A stretch of DNA of 64,000 bases from Bacteroidota bacterium (GTDB taxonomy: Bacteria > Bacteroidota > Bacteroidia > UKL13-3), in the NCBI GenBank assembly GCA_947464275.1, contig CANHVU010000013.1, positions 22,219 to 86,218 on the forward strand. Direction: 5' to 3'. The translations under genes were made by a program, and so were the position numbers. Positions 18,497 to 28,280 of this stretch are shown in pieces; position 1 is the first letter of the stretch; each line of letters starts with the position of its first letter. The notes under the pieces are model-generated. The model was not told the origin of the DNA. It was given only the letters and a program-made list of their open reading frames with translations, and did not search any database.

Positions 18497-21364
18497 ATGT
18501 CAGAAAAAAAACTCTTTTTGCTAGATGGAATGGCTTTGGTGTACCGTGCTTATTTTGCTTTTAGCAATAACCCACGTATCACCAGTTATGGCTTTAATAC
18601 TTCCGCAATTTTTGGATATGCCAATACCGTTTTAGATATTTTAAAAAAAGAAAAACCAACTCACATTGGCGTCTCGTTTGATACTTCAGAACCAACTGCT
18701 CGACATATAGAATTTGAGGCTTACAAAGCCCATCGTGAGGAAATGCCAGAAGGTATTTCAACTGCACTACCCTTTATACGCCAACTTACCGAAGCATTAA
18801 ATATTCCATTATTAATTATGCCTGGCTACGAAGCCGATGATATAATAGGAACTTTAGCCAAAAAAGCCGAAAAAGATGGCTTTAAAGTATTTATGATGAC
18901 TCCTGACAAAGATTTTGGTCAGTTGGTAAGCGAAAATATTTTTATTTATAAACCTGCCCGCATGGGCAATGATTACGAAATACTTGGAGTACCTGAGGTA
19001 TTAAAACGTTGGGAAATAACCGATGTAAAACAAGTAATTGATATTTTAGGTATGTGGGGCGATTCGGTAGATAATATCCCCGGAATTCCAGGAATTGGTG
19101 AAAAAACTGCTAAAGTTTTGGTTCAAAAATATGGCAGTATGGAAGGTTTATACGAACATACTCATGAACTAAAAGGGAAACAAAAAGAAAACGTTGAAAA
19201 CTTTAAAGAACAAGCTTTTTTATCGAAACGATTAGCAACTATTGATTTAAATGTTCCTATTGAATTTGACGAAAATGCGTTAGTGCTTGACCCTCCAAAC
19301 AAAGAAGCTTGCGAGGAATTATTTGCAAAATTAGAGTTTAAAACCATGGCTGCTCGTGTATTTGGAACTCAAATTACAGTGGGAGGAACTACCTTTAGCT
19401 CCAACCAAAAAGCTGACGACAATAAACAAGGACCTGCAAATAGCGTATTTGATTTATTTAACCCAGCTCCTATCACAACTTCAACAACAAACAACAACGA
19501 AAGCGGCTTACAACTTGATTTAACAGCCGAAGAAAGCACACCTAAAAACAATATTGACAATACTACACATGAATATGAGCTAGTAGATACTACAGAAAAA
19601 CAAGCAGCTTTATTGCAAACATTGTTGCAACAAAAGGAAGTTTGTTTTGATACCGAAACTACTTCGCTTGAAACTTTGGATGCTGATATTGTGGGATTAT
19701 CGTTTTCGTTTGAGGCACACAAGGCTTATTATATTCCTTTTACCACCAATTTTGATGAGGCCAAAGCATTGTTAAATACATTTAAACCAGTATTTGAAAG
19801 TGAAACTATTTGTAAAATTGGTCAAAATATAAAATACGATTTAGGTATTTTAAAGCAATACGATATCACTTTAAAAGGACCACTTTTTGATACCATGTTG
19901 GCCCATTATTTAATTGAACCCGATATGCGCCATGGCATGGATTACCTTAGTGGAATCTACTTGAACTACGAACCAGTTTCTATAACCACTTTAATTGGTA
20001 AAAAAGGAAAAGGCCAGTTAAATATGCGCGATGTAGCCATTGAAAAAATTAAGGAATACGCGGCTGAAGATGCTGATATTACTTACCAATTGGCTCAAAA
20101 GTTAATGCCCGAAATTGTAGAAAAAGAAGCCAAACAATTATTAGATGAAATAGAAATTCCACTGATTGATGTATTGAGCGACATGGAGCGCGAAGGAGTA
20201 AAAATTAATAAAGAATTTTTACTTCAATATAGCAAAGAGCTAGAAACTGATATTGCTGCGCTAGAAAAACGTATTATTGAATTGGCTGGCAAGCCTTTTA
20301 ACATAGCCTCACCAAAACAATTAGGCGAAATACTTTTTGACCATTTAAAACTTGACCCCAAAGCTAAAAAAACCAAAACTGGTCAATACCAAACAGGCGA
20401 AGATATTTTACAAAAATTAAGCGAGCACGAAATAGTACAATGTATTTTAGATGTGCGTCAGTTAAGTAAGCTAAAATCAACTTATGTAGATTCATTGCCT
20501 GAGTTAATTAATCCAAAAACTGGCCGAGTTCACACTTCGTTTAACCAAGCAGTGGCAGCCACTGGCAGGCTTTCAAGTACCAATCCAAATGTTCAAAATA
20601 TTCCAATTAGAACCGATAAAGGAAAAGAAATTCGCAAAGCATTTATTCCACGCAATGAAGATTATGTGCTACTTAGTGCCGATTACTCACAAATAGAATT
20701 ACGTATTATAGCTGCTATGGCTCACGAAGAAGCCATGATAGAAGCGTTTAAAAATAATTTAGATATTCATGCAGCTACTGCTGCCAAAGTTTATGGCATT
20801 CCTTTAGAAGAAGTTACTGGCACCCAACGTAGAAATGCTAAAGCTGTTAACTTTGGAATTATTTACGGACAATCTGCCTTTGGTTTGGCTGAAAGTTCAG
20901 GCATTCCGCGTAAAGAAGCCGCACAAATTATTGATGAATATTGGAAACAATATCCGCGTATAAAAGCATACATGAGCGAAACCATAAACACTGCCAAAGA
21001 ATATGGTTATGTAGAAACTTTAAAAGGACGCAGAAGGTATTTACGCGATATCAATTCGGCTAATTTTACAGTGCGTGGATTTGCTGAACGAAATGCAATT
21101 AACGCCCCAATTCAAGGCAGTGCAGCCGATATGATTAAGATTGCTATGATTAACATTCATCATAAAATGGCAAATCCAACATTCAACATTCAGCATTCAA
21201 AATTAATACTTCAAGTACACGATGAATTGTTGTTTGATGTGCATAAAGATGAAGTGGAAGCAATGAAAAAATTAGTAGTAGAAGAAATGGAAAATGCCAT
21301 GCAAATAGCAGTTCCAATTAAAGCCGAAGTAGGTGTTGGAGAAAATTGGTTGGAAGCGCATTAG
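18497..21364 (+). CDS. polA: DNA polymerase I
   Basis: 955 aa with a 5'-3' exonuclease N-terminus, a 3'-5' exonuclease domain and family A polymerase motifs (RRNAKAVNFGIIYGQSAFGL; QVHDELLFDV). Confidence 0.95.
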   Translation: MSEKKLFLLDGMALVYRAYFAFSNNPRITSYGFNTSAIFGYANTVLDILKKEKPTHIGVSFDTSEPTARHIEFEAYKAHREEMPEGISTALPFIRQLTEALNIPLLIMPGYEADDIIGTLAKKAEKDGFKVFMMTPDKDFGQLVSENIFIYKPARMGNDYEILGVPEVLKRWEITDVKQVIDILGMWGDSVDNIPGIPGIGEKTAKVLVQKYGSMEGLYEHTHELKGKQKENVENFKEQAFLSKRLATIDLNVPIEFDENALVLDPPNKEACEELFAKLEFKTMAARVFGTQITVGGTTFSSNQKADDNKQGPANSVFDLFNPAPITTSTTNNNESGLQLDLTAEESTPKNNIDNTTHEYELVDTTEKQAALLQTLLQQKEVCFDTETTSLETLDADIVGLSFSFEAHKAYYIPFTTNFDEAKALLNTFKPVFESETICKIGQNIKYDLGILKQYDITLKGPLFDTMLAHYLIEPDMRHGMDYLSGIYLNYEPVSITTLIGKKGKGQLNMRDVAIEKIKEYAAEDADITYQLAQKLMPEIVEKEAKQLLDEIEIPLIDVLSDMEREGVKINKEFLLQYSKELETDIAALEKRIIELAGKPFNIASPKQLGEILFDHLKLDPKAKKTKTGQYQTGEDILQKLSEHEIVQCILDVRQLSKLKSTYVDSLPELINPKTGRVHTSFNQAVAATGRLSSTNPNVQNIPIRTDKGKEIRKAFIPRNEDYVLLSADYSQIELRIIAAMAHEEAMIEAFKNNLDIHAATAAKVYGIPLEEVTGTQRRNAKAVNFGIIYGQSAFGLAESSGIPRKEAAQIIDEYWKQYPRIKAYMSETINTAKEYGYVETLKGRRRYLRDINSANFTVRGFAERNAINAPIQGSAADMIKIAMINIHHKMANPTFNIQHSKLILQVHDELLFDVHKDEVEAMKKLVVEEMENAMQIAVPIKAEVGVGENWLEAH

Positions 21365-21463
21365 GGACTTTTAAGTTGATAAAGTGATTGGTTAATAGGT
21401 TAATTCGTATAATAAACTAATCCTTATTCTACTATTTTTGAATTGTGAACATTAACAATAAAT

Positions 21464-22714
21464 ATGAATTTAAAACTATTATCATTTACTTACTTTTTCT
21501 CTTTGTTTTGTTTTATAAATTCTTATTCACAAGAAATATATAAAAAAGAGTTTTACTTCAAAAAAGGTAAAGTAGAATTAAATGAAACTCAAAAAAATCA
21601 ACTTGAAACAGACATTGATTCTTTAAAACCAAACGATGATTGCATATTTAAGATAAAAGGGTTTGCTGATAATGAAGGTAACAGAAAAAATAATTTAAAA
21701 TTGTCTGCAAAAAGAGCGGAGTTAACAGCTAACTATTTGCGCTTATTACAAATAGACTCTAATAAAATTATTAGTATTGGAGCAGGTCAAATTGGTGATT
21801 CATCTGAAGAATTTACTGTTTTTCAAAGAAATTTAAACAGAAAAATTGTTATTAGTTGCAACTGTATAAAAGGATTAAATAATTTTAAAAGACATTCTCA
21901 AACCACTCCTACAAAGTTCGAAAATGATACCATCATTTATGCAAAAAACGGAACTCAATTAAAAATTAAAGAAGGTTCTTTTTATCCAAAAAAAATAAAA
22001 GATGTAAAAATAACAATCAATGAAATTTTCTCTTTATGCGATTCAATACCAGATGAGTTAGAAACAGTGTCAGAAACAGGCGTTTGTTTGGCTTCAGGAG
22101 GTATGGTATTTCTTCAAGCAGAATATAAGAAAAAACGAGCAAGACTTAATGGCAGAGCTTTGTTTGAAGTGAAAATTCCAGTAATGAATAACGATACTTC
22201 CTTTAAGTTTTTTATTGCTGTCCGACAACGAAATGGTAGGCTCAGATGGAAAGAAAGAAAAGGAGAAATATTGAACGAAAACGGTAAAATTTGTTATGTT
22301 TTTGAAACCAATACACTTGGAGGATTTAATGTAGATATGAAAATACCTGGCTGTAATATGAATGATTCCAATTTTTATACTTTAAAAACTTGGACTAAAA
22401 ATAGCAGAGTAAGGTTTTATGTAAATAATCAATTTTCATTTTTTACAGCTAGAGAAATTAAATATAGAAAATTTGCTATTCCCGCCAGTTTTAATCCTGA
22501 AAATATTTATGTTTCGGTATACGGGACTAGGTTTAATTGGAATTTGTTTTGGAGTGGTTCTGGATACAGTTATATTACTCATAGAGTTTATAAACTTTCT
22601 GAAATGAAATATAAAAAACGGAGGAAAATGTATAAACTAAAATTCAAACATCTTGAATTGGGAGAACAAAAAAGACAGCAAGATCAAATAAAAAAAGCAA
22701 TGAATTGTAAATAA
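21464..22714 (+). CDS. Hypothetical secreted protein with an N-terminal OmpA-like peptidoglycan-binding domain
   Basis: Signal peptide. The OmpA_C-like segment is KIKGFADNEGNRKNNLKLSAKRAELTANYLR. The remaining ~300 aa and the basic C-terminus are unrecognised. Confidence 0.55.
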   Translation: MNLKLLSFTYFFSLFCFINSYSQEIYKKEFYFKKGKVELNETQKNQLETDIDSLKPNDDCIFKIKGFADNEGNRKNNLKLSAKRAELTANYLRLLQIDSNKIISIGAGQIGDSSEEFTVFQRNLNRKIVISCNCIKGLNNFKRHSQTTPTKFENDTIIYAKNGTQLKIKEGSFYPKKIKDVKITINEIFSLCDSIPDELETVSETGVCLASGGMVFLQAEYKKKRARLNGRALFEVKIPVMNNDTSFKFFIAVRQRNGRLRWKERKGEILNENGKICYVFETNTLGGFNVDMKIPGCNMNDSNFYTLKTWTKNSRVRFYVNNQFSFFTAREIKYRKFAIPASFNPENIYVSVYGTRFNWNLFWSGSGYSYITHRVYKLSEMKYKKRRKMYKLKFKHLELGEQKRQQDQIKKAMNCK

Positions 22715-22892
22715 CTATTAGCTTTTATTTTTAATTAAATTCGTAAAATCGAACACAATCAAACTAGAATTCTTACTCTAGATTTGGCAGTAAATTATAC
22801 CTCAATATTCAAGTAGGTTATCATTTTAAATTTAAAAAGAAGTAGATAATTCTTAACAAAACTCAAACCTAATTGCATTAAAGAAATACTAT

Positions 22893-23150
22893 TTAACTTT
22901 TTCCTGGATATTGTAAAAACACAAATGTTCCTAAAATAAGAGCTATACCTATTATGGAAGAAACAATGATAATTGGCGTTCTAATTTTATGTGCCTTCTT
23001 TTTAACTATTAGGACTGTTGATTTATTAATATCGTTTTGAATAACTAAACTATCAGTTGCATTCTGTGCTGTCAAATAACAAATTCCGCTTGTAAATAAA
23101 AGTGTAACATAAATTAATAATCTAATCAAAAATAATTTTGTGAATTCCAT
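22893..23150 (-). CDS. Small hypothetical protein with a signal peptide and a C-terminal TM helix
   Basis: The internal ATG at 23150 gives MEFTKLFLIRLLIYVTLLFTSGICYLTAQ… (85 aa). No homology was recognised. Confidence 0.35.
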   Translation of the reverse strand: MEFTKLFLIRLLIYVTLLFTSGICYLTAQNATDSLVIQNDINKSTVLIVKKKAHKIRTPIIIVSSIIGIALILGTFVFLQYPGKS

Positions 23151-23518
23151 AGAGTAATGTTGTAAAATACAATGATAGTTAATTTTAAAAAGTAAAATTT
23201 TATAATGACTTTCATTTCGCCCGAAAGCTATCATACAAAGTCAATAAATATAAAGCTCCAGTCTATTGAAACGGTTTTATCAACTATAGTATTTGCAAAT
23301 ACAATTTATTACTTATTACTACCATAAGTTTACCGTTATGAGGCTTTTTTAAAAATTTTCCCCTACCAAACATTTGGTTTTTTGTTGCATGAATTTATTT
23401 TTTAAAGAATGAAACTTTTTTAGATTAAATATTTTAAAACCGTTTGGAATTCAGCGCACTAAATGTATGTTTGTTAAAAGTTATATTTTCAATATCAAAC
23501 CTTTTCAACGAAAAACTT

Positions 23519-23767
23519 ATGGAAAACTTAGACACTGAAATGTTAGAAAACAACTTAGAAATGGATTTAGAAATTAAAACAGCAAGAGAAGCCAGAACTC
23601 AAAAAGGATTTAAGTTGTTGGCCATTGGAGCTGTTATTTTGTTTTTGGGATGTATAACCAATTTAACCATGCCCATCTCTAACGAGTATTATCATTTTAT
23701 ACTTTATGGCATAACCAGCATTGGTGCAGCTATGGTTGTTTGGGGTTTATACTTAATTATGGAATAA
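23519..23767 (+). CDS. Small hypothetical two-TM membrane protein upstream of mrdA
   Basis: ATG at 23519 (MENLDTEMLENN…) with two hydrophobic helices. It is too small and too dissimilar to call MreD. Confidence 0.35.
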   Translation: MENLDTEMLENNLEMDLEIKTAREARTQKGFKLLAIGAVILFLGCITNLTMPISNEYYHFILYGITSIGAAMVVWGLYLIME

Positions 23768-23873
23768 TTGACTTCTTGAGCCAAATGTTAACTAATTTAT
23801 AAAAAATATTTTTAGCCAATATGCAATAAGCAATTTTTTAGATATTACATTTGCGTTGAGTTGTGTAAACTAA

Positions 23874-25739
23874 ATGGAAAGTCAAATTAAGCAAAAAATT
23901 TTATTAGGGGTATTTATTTTTATAGCATTTGTTTATGTTATCAGATTGCTTACTCTTCAAATATTTGACGAAAGTTACATACGTTCAGCTCAAAACAATG
24001 TATTGCAAGAGCAAACCATATACCCCGCCCGCGGTTTGCTTATGGATAGAAATAATGATTTGTTGGTTTACAACGATAATATTTACGATTTATTTGTTAC
24101 TCCAGAGCAAGTTAAAAACCTTGATACCAATGCTTTTTGCGAGGTAATAGGCATTACCAAACAAGAGTTTATTGATAGGTTTGAAAAAATAAAACGCCAA
24201 AAAGGTTATGCTATTTACAGGCCATCAGTTTTCGAAAAACAATTGACCATGGCCACTTATGCTCGTTTTCAAGAAATGCTTTTCGATTTTCAGGGTTTTG
24301 ATGTGGTAGTTAGAACCGATAGAAAATACAAATACAAAAATGCAGCTCATATTATGGGTTACATTGGCGAGGTAACCGAAAAAATGATTGAAAACTCAAA
24401 CGGTTATTACCGCATGGGCGATTTTATTGGAATAAGTGGCGTAGAACGTACTTACGAAAAAGAATTAGGTGGTGTAAAAGGTGTAAGATATGTTTTGGTT
24501 GATAGCAAAAGCCGCGCCCAAGGCCGTTATAAAGATGGTGAATTTGATACTGTGGCCGTAGCTGGCAAAAAGATAAATTTAACCATTGATCAAAAACTGC
24601 AAGAATTAGGCGAGCAATTAATGCAAAACAAAATTGGCAGTGTTGTAGCTATTGAACCAAGCACTGGCGAGATTCTTTCCATGATAAGTAGTCCAACCTA
24701 TGATCCAAACTTATTTGTAGGCCGTGATAGAGGAAATCATTACATGGAGCTTTTACGTGACCCAAGCAAACCGCTGTTTAACAGACCAATAGCTGCACCA
24801 TATCCTCCTGGTTCTATTTTTAAAGTAATTATGAGTTTAATAGGCCAGCAGGAACAAGTGCTTTATCCAAACACTGCTTATGGTTGTTATGGTGGATTTA
24901 ACTCTGGTGGCTTGCATGTGGGCTGTCATGCGCATGGTTCGCCATTACCACTCCAAGGAGCCATAGCGGTTAGTTGTAATGCTTATTTTTGCCATGTATA
25001 CAGAACTGTGGTAAACAACCCTAAATACCGCAGAGTAGAAGATGCTTATAATAAACTTTACGACCATTTGGCAAGTTTTGGAATGGGACGAAAATTAGGA
25101 GTAGATTTATATGGTGAAGGAACTGGGTTTGTACCCAAAGCTACTTATTACGATAAAATTTATGGCCGAAACCATTGGCAGGCATTAACCACCATTTCGT
25201 TAGGAATTGGGCAAGGCGAATTAGGGATAACACCTTTGCAAATGGCAAATGCTACTGCATTGGTAGCTAACCGTGGTTATTATATCACACCTCATATTGT
25301 AAAAAGTATTGAAGGCAAAAAAAATCCAAATCCTGAATATAATGTAAAACATTGGTGCACGGTTGATACCAGTTATTTTCCGGTGGTAATAAATGGAATG
25401 GAGGATGTGGTAAATCACGGAACAGCATACATAGCTAAAATTCCAGGAATAGCCATTTGTGGTAAAACTGGAACAGCTCAAAATCCACATGGAAAAGACC
25501 ATAGTATTTTCTTTGCCTTTGCACCAAAAGATAATCCTAAAATTGCCATAGCAGTAGTAGTAGAAAATTCAGGTTTTGGAGCCACTTGGGCTGCACCAAT
25601 AGCCAGCTTGATGATAGAACAATATTTAACCAAAAAACATGATACGCGACCTTATTTGGTGGAACGTATGATGAAAGGAAATTTAACACACAAACCAATT
25701 TTAAATGACTCAACAGCAACCAAAACCAGCAAGCATTGA
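23874..25739 (+). CDS. mrdA: Penicillin-binding protein 2 (peptidoglycan D,D-transpeptidase, elongasome)
   Basis: 621 aa with an N-terminal TM. The SxxK motif is SIFK and the KTG motif is KTGTAQ. It is followed by rodA. Confidence 0.9.
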   Translation: MESQIKQKILLGVFIFIAFVYVIRLLTLQIFDESYIRSAQNNVLQEQTIYPARGLLMDRNNDLLVYNDNIYDLFVTPEQVKNLDTNAFCEVIGITKQEFIDRFEKIKRQKGYAIYRPSVFEKQLTMATYARFQEMLFDFQGFDVVVRTDRKYKYKNAAHIMGYIGEVTEKMIENSNGYYRMGDFIGISGVERTYEKELGGVKGVRYVLVDSKSRAQGRYKDGEFDTVAVAGKKINLTIDQKLQELGEQLMQNKIGSVVAIEPSTGEILSMISSPTYDPNLFVGRDRGNHYMELLRDPSKPLFNRPIAAPYPPGSIFKVIMSLIGQQEQVLYPNTAYGCYGGFNSGGLHVGCHAHGSPLPLQGAIAVSCNAYFCHVYRTVVNNPKYRRVEDAYNKLYDHLASFGMGRKLGVDLYGEGTGFVPKATYYDKIYGRNHWQALTTISLGIGQGELGITPLQMANATALVANRGYYITPHIVKSIEGKKNPNPEYNVKHWCTVDTSYFPVVINGMEDVVNHGTAYIAKIPGIAICGKTGTAQNPHGKDHSIFFAFAPKDNPKIAIAVVVENSGFGATWAAPIASLMIEQYLTKKHDTRPYLVERMMKGNLTHKPILNDSTATKTSKH

Positions 25740-26976
25740 TTGGCTTGTACTAACGCTTTATTGCGTTTTTGTAATAGCTGGTTTGCTTTGCATCTACGCA
25801 TCGGTATATTCCGAAACCAATCCTGATATTTACGATATGGACAAAAACTATGGCAAGCAATTGTTATGGATTGTGGTATCAGCATTTTTAGGTTTGCTTA
25901 TTTTATTGGTTGATGAAAAACTTTTTTATGCGTTTGCTTATGGGTTTTATGGCATTACCATCCTCATGCTTTTGGCTACTTTTGCCATAGGTGCCGAAAT
26001 TAAAGGAAGTAGCAGTTGGATTAGAATTGGGAGTTTTCAAATTCAGCCTGCAGAGTTTGCCAAATTTGGAACTGCATTGGCTTTGGCCAAATACTTAAGT
26101 GGTTATAATATTGATTTTAAAAATTGGAAAGTAAAAGCCATTTCAATGGCCATTATTGCTTTACCCATGGCCATTATTTTATTACAAAACGAAACCGGCT
26201 CTGCATTAGTTTTCGCCTCATTTTCGTTGGTTTTGTATCGCGAGGGTTTACCTGGTTGGTTATTAGTAGTTGGTGTTTTATTGGCAGTTTTAGGAGTAAT
26301 GGCTTTGCTGATAAAGCCATTGTATATTATTATTGGATTAGCAGTTATTGCCATTGCTTTTTTAGCCATGGTAAGGCGTACACAATTACTTGTTTTTCTA
26401 ACAATTGGAATGGTAATTTTTGCAAGCGCTTATGTTAGCAGTATTGATTATGTTTTTGAGAATGTAATGCAAGCCCATCAACGCACTAGGATAAATGTAC
26501 TTTTAGGCAAAGAGGTAGATTTGAAAGGTGCTGGATACAATGTGCAACAATCATTAATAGCTATTGGATCTGGCGGACCCATTGGAAAAGGATTTTTAGA
26601 AGGAACTCAAAATAAATTTAGGTTTGTACCTGAACAAAGTACCGATTTTATTTTTTGTACCATTGGCGAAGAATTTGGCTTTTTAGGCTCACTGCTGTTT
26701 ATTTCGCTTTACATGCTTTTTTTATGGCGATTAATGGTAATGGCTGAAAGACAAAGGAACAAGTTTAACCGCATTTATGGTTACAGTTTGGTTTCAATCT
26801 TGTTTTTCCATTTCCTAATCAATATAGGAATGACTTTAGGATTGATGCCTGTAATAGGTATTCCATTGCCGTTTTTTAGCTATGGAGGTTCAGCTTTATT
26901 AAGCTTTACCATTTTGCTATTTATATTTATAAGACTTGATGCAAACAGGGTAAACGAACTAAAAAGCTTTGACTAA
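25705..26976 (+). CDS. rodA: Rod-shape-determining protein RodA (SEDS family)
   Basis: 423 aa polytopic FtsW/RodA/SpoVE-family protein. It overlaps the mrdA 3' end by 35 bp, as is typical for mrdAB. Confidence 0.85.
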   Translation: MTQQQPKPASIDWLVLTLYCVFVIAGLLCIYASVYSETNPDIYDMDKNYGKQLLWIVVSAFLGLLILLVDEKLFYAFAYGFYGITILMLLATFAIGAEIKGSSSWIRIGSFQIQPAEFAKFGTALALAKYLSGYNIDFKNWKVKAISMAIIALPMAIILLQNETGSALVFASFSLVLYREGLPGWLLVVGVLLAVLGVMALLIKPLYIIIGLAVIAIAFLAMVRRTQLLVFLTIGMVIFASAYVSSIDYVFENVMQAHQRTRINVLLGKEVDLKGAGYNVQQSLIAIGSGGPIGKGFLEGTQNKFRFVPEQSTDFIFCTIGEEFGFLGSLLFISLYMLFLWRLMVMAERQRNKFNRIYGYSLVSILFFHFLINIGMTLGLMPVIGIPLPFFSYGGSALLSFTILLFIFIRLDANRVNELKSFD

Positions 26977-26983
26977 CTAAATG

Positions 26984-28033
26984 TTAATCAAAAACTACTT
27001 TAGCAATTTTTCCTTTACTTCCTGCTAAAAAAATTACTTTTCCTTGTTTGGCTTTTTTAACCACGTTAAAGCTTTGTTTGCTTAATTGTTCCCACAATTT
27101 GTTTTTGTAATTAAATATGTCAACTCCATTGGTGCCGCAGGCAATAAAAATATTTGGTGCCACCTTTTCAATGCACGAAAGGTAACCACAAGGCTTGGTG
27201 CCAATTTCTTCGTAAATAGCGTTTACACCAATTTCATCAAAGTTTTTATAACAAACGCTGTCTTTTAAAAAATCGCCACCTACAGCAAAAAACGATTTAT
27301 TGTGCCTCACCAATGAAAATGCACCCTTTGAATTAGCCCCTTGCTGAATATTAAGTCCTGAGCGAATTGATTTAGTGTAAGGTGAAGCAAAGTAATAGTA
27401 ACTAGAAGAACTGCCGCCACTCACAAAACCAAAGGAACTTTTTCCCCAACACCTAATAGATGTGCCACTAGCAGCAAATACAGCTTCCCCACTCATGGCT
27501 TTGGGTGTAATATTATTTTCCATTTCTTTCCAATTAGCTCCACCATCAATGGTATGTAACAATAAAAAATGGTTTTTAATGGGGTCACCTACTATTACGC
27601 CACGGGTTTTATTCCAAAAATCCATTCCATCTAAAAACACTGCCGAATCCATGTTTTTATAAACTTCTTCCCAAGTGTTGCCACCATCTTCGGTTTTTAA
27701 AATATAAGCAGGCGTGCCGCTGCTAATCATAATGGCTTCCTTTTCATCAAAGGCTTCTATATCTCTAAAATCGCTTTTGCTATAATCGGGTAATTGCGTA
27801 AAAACAAAAGTTTTACCACCATCCACACTTTTGGCAAAAGTACCTTTGCTGCCACTAACCCAAATTACAGAATCATTTACCACACTCAAACCCCTAAACG
27901 ATGTTTTACTTAATTCTACCCCAATTCCTAATTTAAATGTATTACTATCAAGTAATTGTACTGAATATTGCGCAGTTAACTTTTGACCAATTAACCATAG
28001 CAATCCCATGGCAAACACTTTCATTTTGTTCAT
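26984..28033 (-). CDS. Ycf48-like/BNR-repeat beta-propeller protein (secreted)
   Basis: Signal peptide. It contains Asp-box/BNR-like repeats: SVDGGKTF, TEDGGNTW and TIDGGANW. Confidence 0.6.
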   Translation of the reverse strand: MNKMKVFAMGLLWLIGQKLTAQYSVQLLDSNTFKLGIGVELSKTSFRGLSVVNDSVIWVSGSKGTFAKSVDGGKTFVFTQLPDYSKSDFRDIEAFDEKEAIMISSGTPAYILKTEDGGNTWEEVYKNMDSAVFLDGMDFWNKTRGVIVGDPIKNHFLLLHTIDGGANWKEMENNITPKAMSGEAVFAASGTSIRCWGKSSFGFVSGGSSSSYYYFASPYTKSIRSGLNIQQGANSKGAFSLVRHNKSFFAVGGDFLKDSVCYKNFDEIGVNAIYEEIGTKPCGYLSCIEKVAPNIFIACGTNGVDIFNYKNKLWEQLSKQSFNVVKKAKQGKVIFLAGSKGKIAKVVFD

Positions 28034-28280
28034 AGCACCAAATAAAACCCATAGTTGTTAAAAGATAAAATTTTACCTGTTGATAACCTAAAAATCAGTT
28101 TTATGTAAAGGCAAACAAATTTGTATGACTCTCTTTTATTATCTCTCTTTACTCCGCATTTTTGTCACTTCGCATTCCGAACTCTCATTTCTCAACTCCA
28201 ATTTACCCAATTCCAATAGCTATCCTTGTCAGTTACAAAATTTTCATATATTGCTCTTCGTTTCAGCTAACTATTATTAC

